From contig NW_018480052.1 of assembly GCF_002113885.1 (NCBI RefSeq), positions 163,474 to 227,473 of the forward strand: a stretch of 64,000 nucleotides of DNA. The letters are read 5' to 3'. Positions 1-12,180 of the stretch are shown piece after piece; positions within the stretch are counted from its first letter, which is position 1, and each line of letters opens with the position of its first letter. A program made the translations under genes and the position numbers. The notes under the pieces are model-generated. The model searched no databases, had not been told where the DNA came from, and saw only the letters and a list, made by a program, of their open reading frames with translations. Source of the stretch: Mizuhopecten yessoensis. Its lineage: Eukaryota.

Positions 1-58
1 CGCCCGCCCGCCCGCTCACGTGATAACATAATACGTCCCCGTCTTCGACGGGCGTATA
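1..58 (+). mobile_element. 3' end of a non-autonomous Helentron-type (HINE/DINE-1-like) element
   Basis: (GCCC)n microsatellite, then a terminal hairpin (atacgtcccc gtcttcgac gggcgtat) and an A-run; same architecture as the complete copies later in the window. Confidence 0.55.
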
Positions 59-1371
59 AAAATGAAAAGTAAGTATTAAAGGCCTCGCGTCGTTTTTAAC
101 TTTGTTCTCAGCCTTTTTCCTGGCTGGACACCCTCCGTACGCTGCACTAAGTGCTCCGCCACAGTTAAAACATTAAAATGTTTCTGCCTTACACTCATTT
201 ACCTTGTGGTGCCCCCCACATTTCTGTCATCTCTGTATCCCTTTACAGCGGGCGGCTATGTGACCGTACCTATTACACTTGTAACACCTCAGAGGAGGTG
301 AGACATATTACTGCTTACTGCATACTTCCCACCTCTTACAATGGAAAACTGTGGACAATAAATCACTTGCTACCACAGTCCACTGCAAACATAATCCCCT
401 TGCATGGCCAATCATGATTACATGACCATGAAAGGGTGTGTGCCCAGTGGACTGTGGTCACAAATGCTGTAAGAAAGGGGAGATAATCAGTAAGTAAACT
501 CAAGGGTGCTTCCTTTGATATACCAAAAGTTGAAGAAGAGTTTGTTGAAAAGTTTTTTGTCAATATAGATACTTCCAAAGCAACTGGACTTGACAATATT
601 GGAGCTAAATTTTTGAAATGTTGTACCAAAGCAATTGCACATATAGTTTGTAAATGACTGAATTACAGCATTGAAACTAATACCTTTCCAAGTTTTTGGA
701 AAAATGCTAAAGTTAGTCCTCTCTTTAAGAAAGGGAATAAAGAACAAATTAGTAATTATAGACCAACATCAGTACTAATAATTCTGTCCAAATGTCTCGA
801 AAAACATATTCATCAACATTTTTACAACTTTTTATGCAGTCAGGATCTAATTTTAGAAAGCCAATCAGGCTTTAGAATACAACATTCCTGTCAGACTGCA
901 CTGACAAAAATTACAAACACGTGGTATGATTCCATTGATAAGGGATACTTGTCAGGGGTTTTATTTTCAGACTTTAGAAATGCCTTTGACCTTGTAGACC
1001 AAAACAGATTACTTGCCAAATTAAGCTTGTATGGTTGTTCTAAAGACACTATCACCTTTTTTACTAGCTACATTACTGATCGTTTTCAAACAGTTAATTT
1101 CAAAAAATCATTTAGTGATTCTCAACCCCTCACAGTCGGTGTCCCGCAGGGATCGCTCCTCGTCGCTCCTCGTGCCCTTAATGTTCATCTTGTATGTGAA
1201 TGATATACTATACCCGTGTTCACAAAAAACTCAACAATAAACATGTATGCTGATGACACAGCTGCTCACACACATGGCAAATAAATTGAAAACATCTATT
1301 CCAGTTTAAATTATGATGCCAAATTAATTCAGAATTGGTGTGATGAAAACAAAATGTGTGTCAACACCGAA

Positions 1372-2511
1372 ACAAGAGGCCCGTGGGCCTAAACGGTCAC
1401 CTGAGTCTACAGTATTTATTTTTGTTGTTGAAATATGTACCAATTTGAGTAAAAAATAGTATAATGTTAACTTAACTTTGTCAGGACCATGAGCTGATCA
1501 TTCCTAGACCAATTTTAAGTGAGATCGGCCTATTAGAACTTAGTAGCAAAATAGCGGCCATGGCAGCCAAATNNNNNNNNNNNNNNNNNNNNNNNNNNNN
1601 NNNNNNNNNNNNNNNNNNNNNNNNNNNNNNNNNNNNNNNNNNNNNNNNNNNNNNNNNNNNNNNNNNNNNNNNNNNNNNNNNNNNNNNNNNNNNNNNNNNN
1701 NNNNNNNNNNNNNNNNNNNNNNNNNNNNNNNNNNNNNNNNNNNNNNNNNNNNNNNNNNNNNNNNNNNNNNNNNNNNNNNNNNNNNNNNNNNNNNNNNNNN
1801 NNNNNNNNNNNNNNNNNNNNNNNNNNNNNNNNNNNNNNNNNNNNNNNNNNNNNNNNNNNNNNNNNNNNNNNNNNNNNNNNNNNNNNNNNNNNNNNNNNNN
1901 NNNNNNNNNNNNNNNNNNNNNNNNNNNNNNNNNNNNNNNNNNNNNNNNNNNNNNNNNNNNNNNNNNNNNNNNNNNNNNNNNNNNNNNNNNNNNNNNNNNN
2001 NNNNNNNNNNNNNNNNNNNNNNNNNNNNNNNNNNNNNNNNNNNNNNNNNNNNNNNNNNNNNNNNNNNNNNNNNNNNNNNNNNNNNNNNNNNNNNNNNNNN
2101 NNNNNNNNNNNNNNNNNNNNNNNNNNNNNNNNNNNNNNNNNNNNNNNNNNNNNNNNNNNNNNNNNNNNNNNNNNNNNNNNNNNNNNNNNNNNNNNNNNNN
2201 NNNNNNNNNNNNNNNNNNNNNNNNNNNNNNNNNNNNNNNNNNNNNNNNNNNNNNNNNNNNNNNNNNNNNNNNNNNNNNNNNNNNNNNNNNNNNNNNNNNN
2301 NNNNNNNNNNNNNNNNNNNNNNNNNNNNNNNNNNNNNNNNNNNNNNNNNNNNNNNNNNNNNNNNNNNNNNGATCATTCCTACCAACTTTCAGTTCAATCG
2401 GCCCAGCAGAACTTGACTTTAAGTTTGAAATGTAAAATGTTAACGGACGACGGACGACGACGGACGAAAACGGATAGCAATAGGTCACTTGAGCTAAAGC
2501 TCAGGTGACCT
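1372..2511 (+). mobile_element. Non-autonomous Helentron-type element (HINE) inserted into the LINE; contains an assembly gap
   Basis: 5' acaagaggccc-gt-gggcct hairpin plus ggtcacctgag subterminal repeat; 3' GACG microsatellite and aggtcacttgagc-taaa-gctcaggtgacct hairpin. Sits in an A-run, and removing it restores the LINE motif N-T-E-K-T-K-V-M. Confidence 0.8.
1573..2370. other. Assembly gap (run of N)
   Basis: About 800 consecutive n characters. Confidence 0.99.
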
Positions 2512-3385
2512 AAAAACTAAAGTGATGTTAATTGGAACATCACAAAGAAAATGTAGACAATCTGAAAATTTATCTGTTTTTATCAATGACAGACAATTAG
2601 AAAATGTGAAACAAGAAAAACTTTTTGGGGTTACTATTGATGATTGTTTATCTTGGGATAAACAAATTGCAGATACTGCACAATAAGATTGCATATCAAA
2701 TTTTCCAAATGAGACGCTTTCCACCGTTCCTGACCCAATCATCTTGTCTCACATATTACAATTGCTTCATTAATCCCCATTTTGACTACTGCTCTAATAT
2801 CTGTGGAAATGCCACACAGAACCACATTGCAAAGATTGAAAAACTGCAAAAACGAGCTGCCAGAGTTATTTTGAAATGGGACTTTTGTAAACCTTCAAAT
2901 GAAATGTTTAGCAAACTTAAATGGTTGCCTTTTAAAAAACGAATTTCCTACAACCTATGTATTTTAATGTACAAAGTCTTAAACAACCTGGCTCCAGATT
3001 ACTTGATCAATTTTACTTTGACATCCGGTATCCATTCAAGAACTACCAGATCATCAACACGGAATGTATTTTATATGCCATCTTTTAAAACAAATGTTTT
3101 TAAAAGGTCTTTTACATATCAAGGTCCATATATATGGAATAGTTTACCATCATATGTACAGAATTGCAAAAGTCTATTATCTTTTAAGAAATGTGCTAAA
3201 ATGTATTTTATGGGTTGGAAAACATGTATGCTCATCATTTTTGTAATTTGTGTAATTTAGCCTTTATTTATGTAACTGTTGAACAGTTAAAATGTAACCT
3301 GGGCTGACCATGCTGGTAGGGCTCTCCCCCACCGCTGGAAAGCTCGGGTCATTTTTTCATTTAGAGCTCTTTCTGTGATAATTGA

Positions 3386-5691
3386 GGGGCATCACGGTGA
3401 AGTAACTTTTTTTTGTGTCTTTTTTTCAAATACTACATAAACATATGAAGTGAGACTCCTTATGGAAAATAACGATTGGATTTGGCTGAAATAGATTCAT
3501 AAAAATTATTAAATCTAAGATAATCATCGTTTTTTCTACCTGTCTGACCAACGTTTTGTTCAGGGATTTCCCTCTACTAGCGCATGCGCATAGCACACCA
3601 TTTCTTTGTAAACAAAATGACTGGCCGTGTGAAGTAAGCGAAAGAAAAGTGTTGTACCGTGTCAGCTACGAAGCGAAAAGTTGCCAAATGGTCAAAATAT
3701 AGCGCAAGGAGCACGTTTCGGAATCATTATTGCAGGTGGGAAGTATTCAAAGGAGAAAATAACTGCCCTAGCAGTTAGTACGGTGCATGTATTCTTACGG
3801 ATAGCTGGTTAAGGAGTTTCCACCCTTCGTAATACACATGTTTTTCTTGTCGTATTGCGTATCGGGCATTCCATTACCGTAGTGTAAATTATAGTAACAC
3901 CGGATAAACAATAGTACACGTGCGTGACGTGATATGTCAACACCCGATATCTAGACTTAACTTGGAAATGTGTAATCACACGTACTTCAGAAATAAAGCT
4001 TATGATACAAAGACATTAATTAACTCACGGGAAAACACTGACATACGATCAGACGACTTCAAGAAGGTCGTATATGAGGCGCCTGGAATGCAGACTGATG
4101 TGTTTTGTTTACCGACCTCACCTGTACGTATCACGTGCTAACAGTAGTTCACAAGCTCTTGGTCGCTACGACTTTTGTTGTCGAGCGAGTTACGCTCTGT
4201 CAGATAAATCGGTTCACAAATGCAATTACAATAACTCTGTGAAAATAGTGGTTTGTAAAATATCAAGATCCCTATAAAATGCAAGTGCATGTGCGTGCAC
4301 GTAATAACGGCATACCATGCGATAGCCTATGGTTACATATGTACCTGACATGTTAATATACCATGCGTAAGCAGGCTATGGAATGATGTCCAAAGTGTAC
4401 ATGATTGAGAGTAATTTTGTTCCATAAAAGAACAGTAAATTGACAAATAAATATAGTAATTTAATTTATTTCCGTCGTTTTTGGTATATTAAATAAAATA
4501 AGTGTCATTGTATAAATTCTATCCCTCTGCAAAAAGTTCCGATTTTTTTCAAGGTAGACAACTCTCATCAGGATCAAAATAATTGTAAAATGTAAAATAA
4601 ATTAATTATAAAGACTTTGTGTGTATTTGGTTCAATTTTTCACTCTTTTTGTATGTAACTATGTGTCCTGTTTGATTTTGGCTTGTATTTAGTAACTTTT
4701 ATCCATATAGTTTCAATAAAAAACGCTTTTTGTAACATGTTGTAGATATTTTATGATAAATAAAATATTTGTAGGGTTGATTAGCAATGTTTCTTTTCAT
4801 TATTTTATTGTTGTAATAGTTTTGAACAATGCCACATGCTCAAAAAATGTGAAAGTGTTGAATTTGACAAAAATTCAATTTTTCGGTATTTTTTACAAAT
4901 AAATCCCCAGTTTATCGGAATGCTTAGATTTTCATAAAATCATCTCTACATAGTGACATAACCATCATGTGAAACTTTCATTGAATTCTGATGGCTAATT
5001 GCGAAAGGGTGGAGCCACCTTAAGCTGAAATGGAATCGACATGACTGCTATCGCTGTTTATGTTATGAATAAATATCTAAAACTATTAACCTCGCTAGTA
5101 TCTTAGTCTGAGTTTGAACACAGTTGAACTTAGTTTAATATGTTAATGGGCATGTATCGGAGAGAGTTTACTTTGGTTTAGGTAATAAATTCAATATATA
5201 TTTATATATATCTAATTTATGTTTATGACTATTATCATTGTTGACATTTAATTGTAAATGTATGACGGGAGAAGGCTGTGATAAATTGTAAAAACTTGTG
5301 CCCTATCCCTTGTTTAATTTTATTGGCAACAAATATGTTTAAAGCTAAATAAATTTAAATTCTGAATATTGGCAAGTGTGCAATGAACTTCTGATGATGA
5401 ATAATTACTGTTCAATAAGTTTGAATACGGACTTAAAAATCATATTACTTGGTTTCATAGTGCGAGTTGCCTTACGGCCCCTCTCTGGGGGCCCCTTTGG
5501 AAACCGTTTCGATGCCTAGTCAGGTGACGTTATCGCCGCTATTTTTAGCAGGGCTTTCCCGAACAATTCAAGTGGTCAAACTGGACATTTGGAACGGACT
5601 ATGAATATGGGGATAGCGAGGTAACATAAGTGGAAGTGCATACAATACATACATTCATTAAAAAAAATATGGCTCTTCACGTGATGTCCCT
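3386..5691. mobile_element. Non-autonomous DNA transposon, Kolobok-like (outer element)
   Basis: Imperfect TIRs ggggcatcacggtgaag / cttcacgtgatgtccct, flanked by ttga (degenerate) and TTAA. Confidence 0.45.
3813..5019. mobile_element. Non-autonomous DNA transposon, Kolobok-like (nested)
   Basis: TTAA at 3809-3812 and 5020-5023; imperfect ~22-bp TIRs ggagtttccacccttcgtaat / attgcgaaagggtggagccacc; RR..YY termini. Confidence 0.6.
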
Positions 5692-7302
5692 TTAACTATT
5701 CATAGTACTATTTTATCATTGTTGTATATAATGTACATTTTTTAATATGCTTGACCATATGGGAGANGTTGTTTAAATTCCTATATATTTCAAGTAATTA
5801 CATCTGCATTTGCTGAATTTTCCTGGTTCNTATAAGTAAGTAACGAGTGCACAGTTACTTCTCCGTTTTTCACCAATTCCCCAGACAAAAAAAAAGTTAC
5901 AAGCCGGTTAAAAGAGTTAATTTTGTGACTTTAAACAGTAAAACTAATGAAATCAAGACGAGAAATGTCAATATCGGGTGTTTTAGAAATAGGTAACTTG
6001 TTTCGATATCAATATCGCAAGATTGGCTGTAAAACGTAATGAATGTAATGAATTGCAAATTGCGTACGCATTACGCAAATGATTATACATCACGTCATAC
6101 ATGGGCTTCCATACATTTTCTATTTCATCAAGGAGGGTCCAAGGTTTTTATTTATTTTCCACTTTTCGATATAATTTTCACATAATTATGTTTCTAATAA
6201 TATTGTAACAATGTTGGATAAATTTATTAAAGACAGGAATATGGTTATCGGTCGTGTTTAACACACATGTTCTCTGCTGGTGCGGCCGTAGTTACATAGC
6301 AGACGACGCTACACAATGTATGGTTGATGGGCATGTTAAACGTATATTGGAAGGCAACTGCTATTATTTTCATCATTATAAATTACATTTTTAAATAAAT
6401 GTGCATTTGTCAACTTACCATGAAATAATATGGCTCCGTTATCGTCGATTTGTTTCTGAATATTTTCAAAGGCACTAGCATGCTTTGCGAGCTCTTCTTG
6501 ATGTACGGCGGCCCGTGGGTGCCATATTCTACTCGTTGGTATTTATCTTTTTTGATGCGGGAATTAACTATTTTCCCGAAGGTTGATTTTGGTAGACTTT
6601 TTAATACAAACTCAAATACAAGCAACTAAAAGGAAATAGTCGTAAAATATTCTGTTGCAATTTTCTTGAGGTTAAATTACAGAATGAACAGATTAAGTGG
6701 ACAGAATAAACTTAGTTGACACATTTAAAATAAGAAAAAAAAAATAAGTCAAAAATGGTAATTTCATTATTAAAACCAACAATAAAAATTACTGAGTTTG
6801 CAGCGTTTTTGATTTCCTTATCACCTGAGAGGATAAGCATTTCCTGGAAAGGTTTATAATCTTTAGGAGCTATTTCTTTATACAAAAATGTACATTCAAA
6901 TATACCATTCATTGAAAAAACTGGAATTCATTAGGGATTGATAAACCCTTACGTTGTATATATGAAAATGGTTTCAATATCCTGTACCTTTGCCACATCT
7001 TGAAAATTAAACAGAAATTGTAGTCAGAAATTCAACATTGTTTCCAGTATTTTGTTCTAATTGTTGAACAGACACTCCTTAATTACCTTCCCTGACACTG
7101 GAGCTGGATAGTAATCCAAAAACACTTGTATCCATTATGAAGGATAGACTCAGACTTGGCTATTGAGAATAAAGACAAACTTACCTGGTTCTGATTAGTA
7201 CTCACTCACACAGGTACATGTAAATTATCTGCAGTGTAGGGTAGGTAAAAAGATTGTCCAATTTTTCTGTTTTGTTCGAGTTGGGAAGCATGCGGTAAGC
7301 CA

Positions 7303-7395
7303 GTTATTGCATGATTTCTCGTCACTCGGAACTTATTACACCCTCGCTTCGCTCGGGTGTAATGAATCCCTTGTTACTCGAAAACCATGCAATAA
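7303..7395. mobile_element. Small palindromic MITE
   Basis: TIR ttattgcatgattt / aaaccatgcaataa, with inner arms attacaccc / gggtgtaat. Confidence 0.55.
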
Positions 7396-8412
7396 TCTTT
7401 ACATACTTCCACCTCTCATAATGGAAAAGTGTGGGTAATAAATCACTTGCTGCCACAGTCCACTGCACACCTAATCCCTTTCCATGGCCAATCATGTTCA
7501 CATGACCATGAAAGGGCGCCGGGGATGGCGTGCACAGGCCTGTAACAGACGTAACTGTAGAAAAAGGGGGAGATAACAACCATCAAGTGAAAAATACATT
7601 GGAGAAAATATTTAATATTATATCATTTTTTTACATTGTAATTTTAATTTCCTGGTCTGCTCTTTTCAGTAAAACAAGCAATTATAAATTAATCACTTTG
7701 TGAAATCTTTTATACGTCTCTGGATAATCTAATTCCGTGGTCCTGCACCTTGGATCCTACTATTTTTATTATTCATAAGATATATTTAAACAGTAATAAG
7801 TTTTTAATGGAATGTGAAAAAATGTTGACAACTTTAAAAAAAAAAAATCACATAACATTTCAATGAACATGTAGGTTTTATACACACCAAATACCACGGT
7901 CTATATATACATGACCTACCTTGACCCTCTTGGAAAATCTATCGGCAACCTCGCTAAACAAGGAAGTAATATTTTCTGAAGGCGTATTCAGTTTGGACTT
8001 TGTAACTGACCATTTAACGTAATTCTAAACCAGGAAACAAATAACTAATTCACACAAATAAGATATTGGATGTTTACCTCGACAATGAATCAAATACTGG
8101 GGATATGAACAACTACAATATGTACCTGTGTTTACTTGACGTTGACATTCTGAGGCTTGGAATGGAAAACCTGGATTTCTATTCCTAGTAACCCACATCC
8201 GTGAGCATCAGGTAGTTATGATTTAGTGTCTTTACAATTATGTTTTATGAACACATGTGCCTGGATTGGAGCTCGGTGTATAGTCAAGATTTAGAGACAT
8301 AGAATAAAGTCTATTTTGTGACTGTTATTCAATATCAGTTAAATATATAATAGACAAGCTGTTTGGGTCTATTTATAAACTTCATTGTCTCCTCCACAAC
8401 CTTTTCATCAAC

Positions 8413-9978
8413 ATGGCAACACCCACAGGTCAAATCCCTCTCCGTACCTGTACTGAACACAAGGGGAGACCACTGGAACTTTACTGTGAGAAATGTGATA
8501 AACTTGTTTGTCTAAAATGTCATTTATCTACTCACAAAGGCCATGATGTTTGTGAACTCAGCGATATTACTCCTACAAAGAAACAAGACATTCAAAACTT
8601 TATTGACAGAACTGAACAAAATGACCTTGTACAACTTAGGGAATACATCACGTCTACTGATACTCTACTTAAAGACAACACCAGCAACTTTGAGAATCTT
8701 TCTCACAAGTTGAAAAAGCAAACAGAAAAATTAAAACAAGATCTCGACTTGCTAACAGCACAGACACTCTCTTTTTACCACAAAATGGAGGAGGATAATA
8801 TTAAGCTTATACAGAAATACAAACAGGACCTTGAAATGTATAACAAGCAACTAGGACAACAAATTCAGGAATGCAAAGAAGCACTCCAGCATGGTTCTCA
8901 CATAGAAATCTACGACACAGGATGTGAAATTCATTCCCAAATAAGTCTCCCTGTAAAACCTGTCCTGGGTACTGCCAGTTTCACTCCAAACAAAACCCCT
9001 CAACATCACCTAGAACTGGCCTTAGGGAAAATTGGCACCTTAGCTCAAGGTCAAGATTCAACTGACCAGGATGGGTCAGTCATGACATATGGTGGTCAGA
9101 ACCCATCCTCTACATCACAACAGTCAGAACCAGAAGGAAAGAAGGCAGTGACTATGTACAAACTACTGCCACAGACCAAAGTGTTGGAGGACTGGAGGTC
9201 TCCTGTTGTTAATTATTCCATATGCCCCACCACTGATGGTCAGGTGTGGACCTGTTGCAGGGACACATTAACTCTCCTGGACAGTAAAGGGAAAGCCATA
9301 CAGCAGGTCAAACACAAAACTAGCATCAAAGACATAAGTCTGTCACCAATAACACACACGCTATGGGTCTGTGATATAGAAAACAACATCATGGAGCTGG
9401 TATCAGGTCAACTAAAACACAGATTCAGCACCAAGGAGGAACCCAGGTGTATCTTTGTTACTGCCAGTAACCATGTCATTGTGGGGTTGACCAACAACAT
9501 CTCCAAATTTACCACACAAGGTCAGATGGTACTCACTACAAGTGTTAGAGGGACTGGGAAGCCATTAGTGTGTTCACCACGGAGGATCTCAGAGTGTCCT
9601 GTCACTCACAATGTCGCAGTGGTTGATAGGAATGATAAGGTCGATGGTGGTGATCGGATACGACATCTTGTTGTTATGGACACTGATTTCAAGGAACTGT
9701 TTGTATATAGAGGTGACATCCCCAGTACAAATAAGCAATCATCACATAAAGGAGCTAAACCATTTGACCCCTATGGTGTGGTGTATGACAGTGTGGGGAA
9801 CATTATCATAGGGGACTGGAACAACCACAGAGTCCTACTCATCAGTGGAGGTGGTAAGTTCCTCAGGATCATACACACAGACACAGACTGGACATGTGCT
9901 GCAGGTGTAGACAGGGAGGATGTCCTGTGGGCAGTGTTTGGGATGAATGTTAAACTACTACAGTACAGCAGTGTGTGA
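8413..9978 (+). CDS. RING-less TRIM-like protein: B-box zinc finger, coiled coil, NHL-type beta-propeller (TRIM2/3/71-like), 521 aa, single coding exon
   Basis: B-box motif C-x2-H...LYCEKCDKLVCLKC...HKGH; heptad-rich helical region at about aa 55-160; NHL-like repeats (PFDPYGVVYDSVGNIIIGDWNNHRVLLI); intact 1566-bp ORF. Confidence 0.9.
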   Translation: MATPTGQIPLRTCTEHKGRPLELYCEKCDKLVCLKCHLSTHKGHDVCELSDITPTKKQDIQNFIDRTEQNDLVQLREYITSTDTLLKDNTSNFENLSHKLKKQTEKLKQDLDLLTAQTLSFYHKMEEDNIKLIQKYKQDLEMYNKQLGQQIQECKEALQHGSHIEIYDTGCEIHSQISLPVKPVLGTASFTPNKTPQHHLELALGKIGTLAQGQDSTDQDGSVMTYGGQNPSSTSQQSEPEGKKAVTMYKLLPQTKVLEDWRSPVVNYSICPTTDGQVWTCCRDTLTLLDSKGKAIQQVKHKTSIKDISLSPITHTLWVCDIENNIMELVSGQLKHRFSTKEEPRCIFVTASNHVIVGLTNNISKFTTQGQMVLTTSVRGTGKPLVCSPRRISECPVTHNVAVVDRNDKVDGGDRIRHLVVMDTDFKELFVYRGDIPSTNKQSSHKGAKPFDPYGVVYDSVGNIIIGDWNNHRVLLISGGGKFLRIIHTDTDWTCAAGVDREDVLWAVFGMNVKLLQYSSV

Positions 9979-10319
9979 CTCCTGTGACATAACGAGTAGG
10001 TATAGTTACCATGACAACACAGAACCAGACCAACAAAACTGACCACAATAAACAACCAGTCAACATTCTACCCTGATTGTACATCATCATAATCACTGGA
10101 GAAAATCTATTCAACATTCTAGTGATTTTTTGTTATTATGATAATCAGAGAAAAACCAGTCAATAGAGAAACATTTAAAGGTCTCATGAACAGCGGCAAT
10201 AATGTTTGCTTCATCAATGCAGCAATTATCGCCCTATGTCATACCAATTGCTTCGATGCTCTTTTGAGAGATTGCCACAACTTGCACCGTGTATGTGATG
10301 GTCATTTGTTTGGAAATGC

Positions 10320-10500
10320 TACAACTGGACTAACGGCGGCTGGAATGTGGGACAAACAATGGTGGCAGGACTGCGAGGCAACTGGACTAATGATGGCTGG
10401 AGTATGAGACAACTGGACTAACGGTGGCTGGAGTATGAGACAACAGGACTAATGGTGGCTGGATAATATGACAACAAGATTATTGATGGCTGGATAGTTG
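10320..10500. repeat. Short degenerate ~30-bp tandem repeat
   Basis: Unit similar to acaactggactaacggtggctggagtatgag, about 5 copies. Confidence 0.7.
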
Positions 10501-11989
10501 GACGATGGTGGTTAGATAGAAGATGGTATGTACATTAGAACTGTTATGAGTAGGGTATTATTATTTTATCCTATGTATCTTTAGGTGTCACTAGAAAAAG
10601 CAATGTGGGTTTTTTCCCCAGAAGATTATACAATTTTATTTATAATTTTACTTTAAGAAGGAATAAAGCTGGTAACAGATAGTGGACAACTACCAGACTT
10701 GATTTAACTTCCAACAGTTGGGGGATAGAGACAAAGTCAGATAAACTTCACAGACGCCAATCAGGAAATAGTCGAGATACTATACTATGGTGTCAATATA
10801 AACAAAATCTGTAATGAGGGGTTCAGGATATATCTATAGTCCACCAACTTTTACTTCAAAAGTGTTCAAATGTGACCTTTGACCTTGGCAATGTCCAAAA
10901 ATCTAGTCAAGTCTAGAAGTTGATGTTACTATATAGTGTATGATATATCTTGTACCTAACCTTTTTACCTAAACATAAGCTTCTTAACAAAGCTCAGTCG
11001 TGTCCTATGATAAATAAATAGCTTTAAAACTGTGTGAATGGTTATCTGAACGACCACTTATCTATATTGAAGATCTATCCTGTAATGTTTAGATAATCGG
11101 CTCTCTACTGTAGTAGATAACCAACTTAAATTTGTGAATAATTAACATTATTATTTTTGTGAATATTGGCTGATAAGTTCAATATACATATTTGCTTTGT
11201 ACTTATTTGACCTTTGACCTAGAAGTGAAGGTCACTGTGACCTATATGTGGAGGATATTTAATTGTTTCTCACTGAATGTTTTACGAGTATGACGAGTAT
11301 TACACAATGCTGGTATACAAGTGAAATATATGTGATATTTCAATGGGAAAACCAGTTTATTTTCTATACCGTGGTAAGTTAGATTTTTAAAAGCAAAATG
11401 ACGAAATGATGAAAATATAGTTGTATCGAAAATGTGCGGGAATGAGAAGCGTAATATTTGATGCCAGGTTCTAATGACCTCACACAATATAGGCAATACA
11501 ATAACTTTTTAATACCATTTTTGTTATAATGTATAAACATTGTAATAACACTTTTTTAATTATGATGAAATTATTAACCGTTTATCAGGTTATTTTGCTG
11601 GGATGATGTTTCTGTTAATTTACGGGACATACAGTCAAACTTCAAAGTCAATTTGTCAAACTTACGGTAAAGTCTGGATTTAACACTACAAATATTCTGT
11701 ACATTACATGAATCAAACATTTTAGAGTCAAACTTTTGCTGTTTTGAAGTACAATCAAGTTCTGTTCATTATAAAAACATTGAAAATTACAACTGATAAA
11801 TCAAAGTGATAAAAAATAGCCCGTCCGTTAACATTGGCACAGGCTACTGAAATTTAATTGATGAACAGAGAAGTGTTGGATTTGATCAGATCACCATGGA
11901 AACTACAGTGTGTTAAATAAACATGCTATTCTTATTACTTTAAATCCAATATTGCTCGATTTTAAATTAAATTTCCGAGCCTTCACTTC

Positions 11990-12180
11990 GTCATTTAAGG
12001 ATTCCTGTCCCACTGCACTGTGTTTTATTACATATAGAGTGACCTCCCCTTAGTTTCGTTTTGATACAACGGTAGCACAGTTGGTCCAGGACGCTTCAGT
12101 TGATCAAGTAACTCAATCGGTTAGAGCAATAGTATTACAACCTGAAGTTCAGGGTTCGAACCTCGGTAACTTTTTACACT
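11990..12180 (+). mobile_element. tRNA-related interspersed repeat (SINE or tRNA-LTR fragment)
   Basis: Box A-like taactcaatcggttagagc and box B ggttcgaacc. The upstream cctgtcccactgcactg...acctcccctta segment recurs inverted at about 54905-55025. Confidence 0.55.

Larger units (their letters stand above)
490..3260 (+). pseudogene. Decayed, 5'-truncated non-LTR retrotransposon (CR1/L2-group LINE) reverse transcriptase ORF, interrupted by an insertion at 1372-2511
   Basis: Translated pieces show KATGLDNIG, WKNAKVSPLFKKG...NYRP, QSGFR, DFRNAFDLVD, GVPQGS, MYADD (1243), then KTKVMLIG, and YCSNICG...LQKRAAR...WNSLP. Contains stops and frameshifts. Confidence 0.9.

Noticed and set aside
1481-2488. 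Long ORFs of 281-335 aa in the ORF track
   Set aside because: They consist of X residues spanning the N gap.
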